NCBI GenBank assembly: GCA_046582655.1
Contig: JAYGDX010000320.1
Span: 1 to 29,090 of the forward strand
DNA from: Candidatus Poribacteria bacterium
GTDB lineage: Bacteria > Poribacteria > WGA-4E > UBA9662
Length of the DNA stretch: 29,090 bases
Reading direction: 5' to 3'
Part shown: positions 18,708 to 26,397 of the stretch, one piece after another
How positions within the stretch are numbered: the first letter of the stretch is position 1
Layout of the letters: every line of letters starts with the position of its first letter
Translations under genes and position numbers: made by a program
Notes under the pieces: model-generated
The model's database searches: none
What the model was told of the DNA's origin: nothing
The model's input: only the letters and a program-made list of their open reading frames with translations

Positions 18708-18807
18708 GTGTAGTTTGATTAATAATATTAAAGTTATTCGTTCATTAAAATTGTTCGTTCAACATGTATGTTTAGATACAATATACTTGTTAAATTGTAA
18801 AATCAAG

Positions 18808-18930
18808 TAGACCTCTTGCATAAGTCAAAGAAATAGAAGTTTGGAGATTTTTGAGCCCATGTATTCAATGAATTTAGGGCCTCTCAGCTATAGAGTTCTG
18901 ATGAGTTTTACTACTTATGCAAGAGGTCTA
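18808..18930. mobile_element. MITE-like element (123 bp)
   Basis: Perfect 18-bp terminal inverted repeat TAGACCTCTTGCATAAGT, with no ORF inside. Confidence 0.8.
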
Positions 18931-19125
18931 GTATATCGGTTAAAAGACTATCATCCTATGCCTGGTATGTTATATTAAAATTAAATACAACCCAGCTTAT
19001 AATGGGATTGCCTTAGGTCCCCTAGGTTTGGTGGCAGCTAAAACTGTCCTAGAATCGTCACAAGCGCATAGGTTTAGGTTTGGATAGGCTGTACATCAAT
19101 ATCAAACGCTAAAAAGCGAAAGGTG

Positions 19126-19196
19126 ACTAGACCTCTTGCAAAGTCAAAGAAACAAAAGCTCGGAGATTTTCGAGTCGCATATGCAAGAGGTCTAGT
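19126..19196. mobile_element. Shorter copy of the same MITE (71 bp)
   Basis: 15-bp IR ACTAGACCTCTTGCA and the same left internal sequence (AAGTCAAAGAAA...GGAGATTTT). Confidence 0.8.
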
Positions 19197-19236
19197 TGGG
19201 AGATCATCGTAAATCTCGATTTATTAATCTAGTCAG

Positions 19237-19956
19237 CTACTGTTGTTGCTTTAGTTTGGCCCAAGTGGAGGCCAACTTTCCTTCAGCTTCTACCGCTGTG
19301 GGCATCGGCATATCTGACCAATCCGTTGAGGCATAGAATGCGTCAATGAATGTTCCATCTTCCCTGTCTATCAAATGCAACGTGTGTTTGCCAGACGAAA
19401 GGTTCAAAGGAGTCGGCAATTTGCCCTCTTTCCACGCATACTGATCAAGCTCTTTACCCGGAAACGGATTTCCAGTTCGACTGGATATTCGGAACCACAT
19501 CCAATTGGTTGTGTAGTGTACGCGTAGACTTTCAGCTTCAAAGAAATCCCAGATGTTGCAGTTATCATCATCCGCGTTCTTTGCCTCTCCATCAGCAATA
19601 TCAATGCCCCAGTGAACTGAGTTATCTGCCACCGAAGGTGCAATGACCTTTCCCCATAAGTACCAATCGCCTCCCACCGGCACGCTAAATTCGTATTTCA
19701 GCCAGGAACCGTCGGCAGCTACTCCGTTGTCCTGCCCAACAAACGATCCTCCGGAAGCTTGAGAAATAACAAAGTCTTTCACATTCTCATCAGGATTCCC
19801 CTTGGCTTTGAAACCGGCCTTGTAAACCTTGAGAGAATCTCCTTTTTTCTCAATAAATTTCTCTGCTTCCCAACTAATTTCCGCTGTATACGCTTGACTT
19901 ACAAAGCAAAGAAGGACAGCAATACCCAGAAAAACAAAAACATGAATAGATCGCAT
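19237..19956 (-). CDS. Secreted galactose-binding-like (CBM6/CBM35-like) domain protein with TW tail
   Basis: AAGGAG RBS before ATG 19956, a signal peptide, WEAE, GDWYLWGKV, and LSSGKHTLHLIDREDGTFIDAF. Confidence 0.7.
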   Translation of the reverse strand: MRSIHVFVFLGIAVLLCFVSQAYTAEISWEAEKFIEKKGDSLKVYKAGFKAKGNPDENVKDFVISQASGGSFVGQDNGVAADGSWLKYEFSVPVGGDWYLWGKVIAPSVADNSVHWGIDIADGEAKNADDDNCNIWDFFEAESLRVHYTTNWMWFRISSRTGNPFPGKELDQYAWKEGKLPTPLNLSSGKHTLHLIDREDGTFIDAFYASTDWSDMPMPTAVEAEGKLASTWAKLKQQQ

Positions 19957-20146
19957 AACTTTCTCCTTAGAAATTAATATATCTGATTTGTTAAAAAGAA
20001 TCTTAAGATCCCAATCAACACCTAAACTGAATATACAATATAACACTGGCAAAAAACACGCAAGTGTTTTTCCTACTGAATTGTTGTTATTTACACAATA
20101 CTTATCATTATAAGCATTGGTCCTCTAGATATCTGTAGGAACTTAA

Positions 20147-21595
20147 TCATTTCAAGGATTTTAAATCTCCCCACACGGCTGGTAAGCTCATCTCTGTTTC
20201 TACCGCCAATTTTGCCCGCAGACCAGCCTTATTTACATCGAATCGCTTATCTGTTGTGGCGAAAAACGCATCAATAAAAGTACCGTCCTCCCGGTCAATC
20301 AGGTGGAAGGTATGTTTACCTGCTGCTAGTTCTACAGGGGTGGGGTTAGGACCATACTGGTCGAGTTCCTGTCCTGGGAACGGATTTCCACTTCGACTGT
20401 TCAAGCGAAACCAGATCCAATTGGTGGAATAGTTTTTTCGGAGTTCTTCTTTCTCAAAGAAATCCCAGATGTTGCAATTATTATCATCCGCGTTCTTTGC
20501 TTCACCATCAGCAATATCAATGCCCCAGTGAAATGAGTTATCTGCCACTGAAGGTGCAATGACCTTTCCCCATAAGTACCAATCGCCTCCCACCGGCACG
20601 CTAAATTCGTATTTCAGCCAAGAACCGTCGGCAGCTACTCCGTTGTCCTGTCCAACAAACGATCCATCGGAGGCCTGAGAAATAACAAAGTCTTTCACAT
20701 TCTCATCAGGATTTCCCTTGGCTTTGAAACCTGTCTTGTAAACCTTGATGGAGTTACCCTTTTTCTTAATAAATTTCCCTGCTTCCCAAAAGATTGAGCG
20801 CCCACGTCCCCCTGTTGGGACTACGGTTGGTGGCGGTTCAACTTTTTCCACCACTGGTGCAATAACTTCAAAAGGAACAACGTGTGAGGACTCCATGATA
20901 TTACCAGTGAGATCCCTAATGCCAATAATTGTCAGAGTATATCTTCCTGCCTTGATCGGATTTATCGGTTGAAATATCGCCACGGCACCGGAAACTTTCA
21001 CCACAGCTTCAACACCAAAAACCACGATCCCCGCCTGTGCGGAGGAAATATCTATTTCTTCATCGAAACGTACCACTAAACTGCCTGTCGTCTTTACAGA
21101 CTGCCCTGCAGCAGGCACAGTGCTTATTACAGTTGGCGGTATAACGTCCGCTGGCGTTTGGGTAGTATCAATTTCGACCGCGCTAAAGAAAATTGAGAAG
21201 GGGGTCATTAAAATGTTACCTTCTATGTCCTCAATACCGAGAACAGTCAAAACATAAGCTCCTGTGGTCATTTTACCGATAGGCGTAAATTTGACTTCGT
21301 GTCCTTTTTGTTCAAGGGTGATCACACCCTTAATAAGCTCAGCGTCAATGCTTGAACGAACTGTTATGCCTCGTTGGGCAGAGGTGAGATTCACCTTCTC
21401 GTTAAACACCAATACAATCGGTGTATTAACGGGAATCGGTCCTCCCTGTACATTGGTACCAGTAATTGTTGGTGGTGTAATGTCCTTGACAATTGCTGGT
21501 GCCAGCGACTCATCGTCCCCGCAACTGGAGAGAAGACATATGCCCATGCTTATTAATAGGATACTCCGTTGTTCCATAATTTTAAAAAGATTCAT
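20147..21595 (-). CDS. Lipoprotein with two Ig-like (Big_5/SbsA-type) domains plus the same CBM-like domain
   Basis: Lipobox LSSC. Two units of D-x-x-PPT...(L/V)-x-F(N/D)E...Y-x-LT...D-x-x-GN. The C-terminal domain is nearly identical to that of 19237-19956. Confidence 0.8.
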   Translation of the reverse strand: MNLFKIMEQRSILLISMGICLLSSCGDDESLAPAIVKDITPPTITGTNVQGGPIPVNTPIVLVFNEKVNLTSAQRGITVRSSIDAELIKGVITLEQKGHEVKFTPIGKMTTGAYVLTVLGIEDIEGNILMTPFSIFFSAVEIDTTQTPADVIPPTVISTVPAAGQSVKTTGSLVVRFDEEIDISSAQAGIVVFGVEAVVKVSGAVAIFQPINPIKAGRYTLTIIGIRDLTGNIMESSHVVPFEVIAPVVEKVEPPPTVVPTGGRGRSIFWEAGKFIKKKGNSIKVYKTGFKAKGNPDENVKDFVISQASDGSFVGQDNGVAADGSWLKYEFSVPVGGDWYLWGKVIAPSVADNSFHWGIDIADGEAKNADDNNCNIWDFFEKEELRKNYSTNWIWFRLNSRSGNPFPGQELDQYGPNPTPVELAAGKHTFHLIDREDGTFIDAFFATTDKRFDVNKAGLRAKLAVETEMSLPAVWGDLKSLK

Positions 21596-21617
21596 ATATA
21601 GATAGTCTCCGGCCTAA

Positions 21618-22110
21618 GAAAGTGTTTGAAAAGTACGAGTTGATTCATAGAGTTCCCATAGGGCATCCTGTAAGAAATTTATCAACCAAGGATCTTCTAT
21701 GGGAAGTCTTCTGCAATTGTGTCACAATTGTGCTACTAAGGCAAGGTCTCCATCTCCAGACGATTTAGATGACCTGCAATGGCAAATCCTTGCGCCGTTA
21801 ATACCTGGACTCAAACCCGGTGGCCGACCTGGAGAAGTTGACATCCGTTGGGTTCTTAATGCGATTTTTTATCTCCTGCGTGTCGGGTGTGCGGGGCTTT
21901 TGTTACCACACGATTATCCACCTTGGCAGATGGTCTATTATTACTTCCGGATGTGGTGTATTGGTGGAACAGGGGAAAAAATCAATACGGCCTTAGGAAA
22001 AAACTGCGGACAGTCGAAAAGAGAGAGGAACAATCTAATGTGGCTTTTTAGAGAGCCAAAGTGTGAAAACCACTGCCATCAGAGGGCCAAGAGGTTTGAT
22101 CGCCGCCAAT
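21618..22110 (+). mobile_element. Truncated, degenerate IS5-family element (IS1031-like)
   Basis: DL..QW..LAPLIP..KPGGRP...VLNAIFYLLR.GC...LPHDYPPW..VYYYFR.W, then a frameshifted ESQSVKTT (the DSQSVKT motif). Candidate left end GAAAGTGTTTGAAAAGT. Confidence 0.85.
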
Positions 22111-22330
22111 TCGGGATGACTTCCCAAACTGGGAAAAGTAGAAATTGAGAGAGTTGGAACAAAGAGATTCAAAATAAATAAAACGGGTAAACCGATTAAG
22201 GTCAGTATCCATAGATGATGGGAAATCGTTTGTACATTTTTCAGTCGTTTGCTCACTAACCAAATGAGTCCCGCTAACAACGTCCACTGCCAGGAACAAT
22301 TAACCAATGAAATCAGGACTTGTTACTCAT
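22111..22330 (-). pseudogene. 5' remnant of a second M56 peptidase
   Basis: ATG 22330 overlaps the blaI stop. After a 1-nt deletion in codon 3 it reads LVNCSWQWTLLAGLIWLVSKRLK...HHLWILTLIGLP, homologous to the 6067 gene. It is cut where the IS5 remnant ends. Confidence 0.85.
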
Positions 22331-22706
22331 CATTATTTCCTCGGGGCTGGGAATCCTTAATCAGTTGTTGCAAGCGGTTGTGTTCTTCCGGATTAGCTTG
22401 CCTGATTTCAAGCAAAGTGTTGACCAACTTTTCGGCTGAATTGTCGAACAGCCGTTCCAACAAATCGCTGAGCATGGAATGGGTAATCTCCGATTCCTTG
22501 ACCAGCAGTTGATAGAGGAAAGTCCGTTCCAGCACCGTGTAGGACAAAAAGCCTTTCCTGGCCAGATTTCTCATAGTGGTGGCTATGGTGGTATAGGCCA
22601 GTTTACGGTTAATGTTATCCAACACGTTGTTGACCGTGTCCTGCTCTAGTTTCCATACCTTTTTCATCACTTCCAACTCTAAATGGTGCAATTTATTATC
22701 TTTCAT
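22323..22706 (-). CDS. BlaI/MecI/CopY family repressor, second copy
   Basis: 127 aa, colinear with and highly similar to 6060-6443. Confidence 0.93.
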   Translation of the reverse strand: MKDNKLHHLELEVMKKVWKLEQDTVNNVLDNINRKLAYTTIATTMRNLARKGFLSYTVLERTFLYQLLVKESEITHSMLSDLLERLFDNSAEKLVNTLLEIRQANPEEHNRLQQLIKDSQPRGNNDE

Positions 22707-22733
22707 CTGATCCTATCCTTAATCCGATCTATG

Positions 22734-22769
22734 CTCTCTTCATTCTGGTTTCAACCAGAATGAAGAGAG
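22734..22769. promoter_or_regulatory. Perfect 17-bp inverted repeat in the leader of blaI copy 2
   Basis: CTCTCTTCATTCTGGTT-TC-AACCAGAATGAAGAGAG. Confidence 0.7.
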
Positions 22770-22785
22770 GAGTCCTACTTAACAG

Positions 22786-22800
22786 TACTATTGGTTAGTA
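22786..22800. promoter_or_regulatory. Candidate BlaI operator
   Basis: TACTA-TTGGT-TAGTA palindrome upstream of blaI copy 2. Confidence 0.45.
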
Positions 22801-22811
22801 TTAATGGATAA

Positions 22812-23330
22812 TAAACTACCCCGCCGCAAGCGGACGGGGTATTAGAACAAGGATAATTAGCGATCTTTATGTAACTTCTGATATTTCTTGTCCTGCTTTT
22901 TAACGCAGTCGCCAATAGTATTCTCGTTCCCATGTTTGCCGACAGTGCTCGCGTAGTAACCGTCTGTCCAAAATTCGCCACCCCACAGTTGTTTCTTCAC
23001 TTGGGATAGCGCTTTAAAACTTCTCGTGTGGTAAGGCTTTTTATCATTGTTACGATTTTTGTCACATTGTATGCTGGAATAGATTGTATCAAAAAATGGA
23101 CATGATCCTGATCGGTACCAATCTCTAAAAATTTCACCTGATATCGCTTCTCGATATCTATACAAACTTCCTTCAAGACCTTATCCACATGCTCTTCAAA
23201 AACCACACTCCTATACTTGGCTGGAAACACCAAATGATATATCAGTACTGTCACATTATAGCTCTTATGAATAGACTCGCTCATCCCTCCATTTTACGCC
23301 GCAAGCGGCGGGGAATACAACCCCAAGGGA
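22812..23330 (-). mobile_element. tnpA: IS200/IS605-family element with a defective tnpA and no tnpB
   Basis: YHLVFPAKYR and HUH motif DHVHFL, frameshift near 23002, then LWGGEFWTDGYYASTVG. The expected catalytic Tyr position reads C (IGDCVKKQ). Subterminal hairpins share CCGCAAGCGG at 22817-22841 and 23297-23310. Confidence 0.9.
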
Positions 23331-23358
23331 TTAAATGGATTCTGGCTTTGGTTGTCAA
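23330..23358 (-). promoter_or_regulatory. Sigma70 promoter, originally of blaI copy 2
   Basis: TTGACA-N17-TTTAAT. The flank TTGTCAAGTGGAAATGTATTTC resembles TTGTCAAGGGGAAAATGTTTTTTC at the blaI copy 1 promoter. Confidence 0.7.
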
Positions 23359-23389
23359 GTGGAAATGTATTTCTTTTAAATTTAAAAGG

Positions 23390-23643
23390 TGTTGTTTCGA
23401 AGATCTATTGACTGATCAGGAGATTAACCTTGCTCCATTACGGAAAAAGAACTCCCAGCCATCGGTGGCAGCATCTGTTGAGTATCTTTGAAAGCACATA
23501 CGCAAACGGCTGGAGACGACTGTCAGTCAAATTAGCGCCAAGTTACCCAAATCGATTCATGCCGTTACAACACGAGTTTTCGAGTCAAATGCTTTTTTCC
23601 ATCATCGCCTTTGCTTTCACTGTTTATAAGCCACAACTTGGGT
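23390..23643 (+). mobile_element. 3' remnant of an IS982-family element
   Basis: FEDLL...LAPLRKKNS...YL*KHIRKRLETTVSQI..KLPKSIHAVTT, ending in CAACTTGGGT (ACCC-type terminal repeat). Confidence 0.75.
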
Positions 23644-23662
23644 TATAATAAATTTAGGAGAA

Positions 23663-23836
23663 GAATTCAAAACCAACTTGAAAGCTTCGACAGCAGCACG
23701 AGAAGCGCTGTTGCCGCTGATACCATCGAATTCGCCGGACTTTCCCGTGGTTGGCGATTTGAAGTTCGGACAAATTTGCGTTGAAAAGAACGGATCGATG
23801 AATCGTATGAAGCACAAATGGAAGGCCGCAGTATGA
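23663..23836 (+). pseudogene. 3' remnant of an unknown gene
   Basis: Open frame without a start (EFKTNLKASTAAREALLPL...WKAAV*) whose TGA overlaps the next ATG (ATGA). Confidence 0.4.
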
Positions 23837-24783
23837 ACCGCTCACCGTCAATCGCTCTTGCGCTCGTGATATTCCTGACAACAAGCGCCGCCTATGCTGA
23901 TGATCATACGTCGCTGGTTGCGCCCGGCGCAAAGGTGAAGAAGCTCGCCAGCGGCATGCAGTTCACCGAAGGCCCGGTGTGGCTGCCTGATAAGAAGAAG
24001 CTTATTTTTTCCGACATTCCCAACAGCAAGCTTATGCAGTGGAACGAAGCAGACGGCTTGTCCGTCTTTCGCCAAAGCGACCACGCCAATGGCAACATCC
24101 TCGATCTTCAAGGCCGGCTCATCTCGTGTCAACACAGTGCCCGCAACATCGTTCGAACGGAGACCGACGGCAGTATCACTGTGATGGCGGAGAAGTTCGA
24201 TGGCAAGCGGTTCAACTCGCCCAACGACGTGGCAGTGCGATCCGACGGGATACTGTGGTTCACTGATCCCCCATGGGGCCTGTGGGAGGTGAACGAACCG
24301 CCAGAGATTCCCGGCCACTGGGTTTACAAGCTCGATCCAACAACCAGGCATGTCGAAGCGATCGTCAAAGATCTTGCCATGCCCAACGGCATTGTCTTCT
24401 CACCGGACGAGACTCGCCTCTACATCGCAGACACCGGCGGAAACAAGAAACACCCGGACCCCAACTTCCGGAAGCTCTCGGCTGGTATCCACTGCTACGA
24501 AGTGAACAAGGACGGCAAGCTTGGCAGGAAGCTGTTCCGAACCGAGGCAGGCAGTGACGGGATGGCCGTCGACATCAAGGGTAACCTGTACACAACGCAG
24601 GGAAGCAAGGTTCACATCTTCAATGCCGACGGCAAAAAGCTGGAACAGATCGACGTGCCGGAGAGTCCCGCCAACGTCTGCTTCGGCGGCAACGATTACA
24701 GAACGCTGTTCATCACCGCTCGCACCTCGGTTTACAGCGTTCGCCTGAAGCATCCGGGCGTGAAGCCCAGAGGTAAGAAGTAA
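23833..24783 (+). CDS. SMP-30/gluconolactonase/LRE family protein, secreted
   Basis: FTEGPVW, FSDIP, FNSPNDV, PNGIVFSPDE, SDGMAVD and PANVCFGG, plus a signal peptide. Confidence 0.93.
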   Translation: MNRSPSIALALVIFLTTSAAYADDHTSLVAPGAKVKKLASGMQFTEGPVWLPDKKKLIFSDIPNSKLMQWNEADGLSVFRQSDHANGNILDLQGRLISCQHSARNIVRTETDGSITVMAEKFDGKRFNSPNDVAVRSDGILWFTDPPWGLWEVNEPPEIPGHWVYKLDPTTRHVEAIVKDLAMPNGIVFSPDETRLYIADTGGNKKHPDPNFRKLSAGIHCYEVNKDGKLGRKLFRTEAGSDGMAVDIKGNLYTTQGSKVHIFNADGKKLEQIDVPESPANVCFGGNDYRTLFITARTSVYSVRLKHPGVKPRGKK

Positions 24784-24814
24784 TGATCGAAATGAATCAC
24801 ATTTTCACGACCAC

Positions 24815-25239
24815 ATGAAACACGTACTTGCTTCTGTGGCTCTGATGCTGATCACTACCGCACCAACAACGCAAGCGGCCGAGGGCGAAGATCACATTCT
24901 CAAACCTGGCCAGTTCCCGCCACCGAATAGTGGAACATACCTCGCCGGGGCGGCTTGCGCCTGGATGGGGACCCTGGCGGCCATCATCACGTGGATTACT
25001 TCGCCATGCTACCCTACGGCATAATCTGGTATAATGGAACACCAGCGGAGCTGCGAGACATTCCCATCGGTACCCATGTGCATGGCTACTTTTATTTGCC
25101 GCCGGTGGGAGAGGAAAAAACGATTCCGCCGCTTCCGGAGAGTCAGCAGCAATACACCCTCAAGCGCAACCATGCCATTTCGCTGGAAGACGACTTCAGT
25201 TTCTACCAACGTCGGGGGCAGGCGTGGAAGGGTGAGTGA
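24815..25239 (+). pseudogene. Frameshifted, truncated secreted hypothetical protein
   Basis: Signal peptide plus KPGQFPPPNSGTYLAG, a frame change near 24950, then LRLDGD...FAMLPYG..WYNGTPAELRDIPIGTHVHGYFYLPP. It ends abruptly. Confidence 0.65.
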
Positions 25240-25443
25240 TTCGCAGTTAGTGTTTATCAGCGTACGTTACGGTTTTTTCGCTGCTGCTGGTTCTTTGGCC
25301 GCTCGCTGTACCGTCGATGGCGCAGAAAAAAGCTACCAATATTAGAGCATTACTAGTTGTTTTAGACATGGAAATATTGCTGATAAGTCAGGATTTGTAT
25401 TTAAGCCAAATTATAATATCGAATTTAATACAACCTCAAGGAT

Positions 25444-26385
25444 ATGATAAACAAGATGAACAGAATTTCTCCTGAACTGCACGGCACAACAGTTAAACGT
25501 CCGGAAGACTTTGACGATTTCTGGGATCACCTCCTCACACAATCAGTGGAGATTCCATTAAATATGACAATGGAATTAGTACCATTGCGCTGTACGCCGG
25601 AAGTAGAAGTTTATGACGTGCATTATGACAGCCTGGATGGTGTACGCATTTCCGGCTGGTACTGCCTACCGCGTGAACGGACTGAAAAACTGCCGGCCAT
25701 TGCTCATATGCCCGGCTACAAAAGCGATCCGTCCATCCCGCGCAAACTGGCACAGCAGGGATATGCTGCCTTCAGTGCAGCACCCAGAGGCAAGATTCGC
25801 AGTAATCATCAGTTCAACCCCGGTTATCCCGGTCTATTGACCTACAATATCGTTGACCGCAACACCTATGCTTATCGTGGTTTCTACATTGACGCAGTAA
25901 GGGTAATCGATTTTCTGCTGTTTCGGGATGAAGTCGATAGTAAGCGTATCGGAGTTATGGGCAGTAGTCAAGGCGGAGGGCTGACAATTGTCGTGTCAGC
26001 CTTACGACCCGAAGTCAAAGCTGCTGTAGCCGGTGCGCCTTATCTTTGCGGGTTCATGGATGCCATCAAATTAACTCATACTTACCCCTATCAAGAAATC
26101 CGTGATTATCTGCGACTCTATCCGGAACGGGAAGAAGCCGTTTGCAACACATTGTCTTATTTCGATGGCATCAACTTTGCCCCACGCATTACCTGTCCTA
26201 TTATGATCTACATTGGTTTGCAGGATAATGTATGTCCACCGGAAACTGGCTTTGCTGTCTTCGATGCCATAGTAACCCAAGATAAGCAAATTCATCCTTA
26301 CGATGGACATGGACACGATGCGGGTGCTGTCCACCATAGTCGATTGATAAACGATTTTTTTAAAAATCATCTTTCTCTTTCGTAA
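25444..26385 (+). CDS. Acetylxylan esterase / cephalosporin-C deacetylase (CE7, AXE1)
   Basis: PEDFDDFW, GSSQGGG nucleophile elbow, GLQDNVCPP (Asp) and GHGHD (His). Confidence 0.92.
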   Translation: MINKMNRISPELHGTTVKRPEDFDDFWDHLLTQSVEIPLNMTMELVPLRCTPEVEVYDVHYDSLDGVRISGWYCLPRERTEKLPAIAHMPGYKSDPSIPRKLAQQGYAAFSAAPRGKIRSNHQFNPGYPGLLTYNIVDRNTYAYRGFYIDAVRVIDFLLFRDEVDSKRIGVMGSSQGGGLTIVVSALRPEVKAAVAGAPYLCGFMDAIKLTHTYPYQEIRDYLRLYPEREEAVCNTLSYFDGINFAPRITCPIMIYIGLQDNVCPPETGFAVFDAIVTQDKQIHPYDGHGHDAGAVHHSRLINDFFKNHLSLS

Positions 26386-26397
26386 AGGAACAACCGA

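Noticed and set aside
18808..19196. Repeats considered as a CRISPR array or integron attC sites
   Set aside because: They are inverted rather than direct repeats, with no regular spacers, no cas or integrase genes, and no RYYYAAC/GTTRRRY ends.
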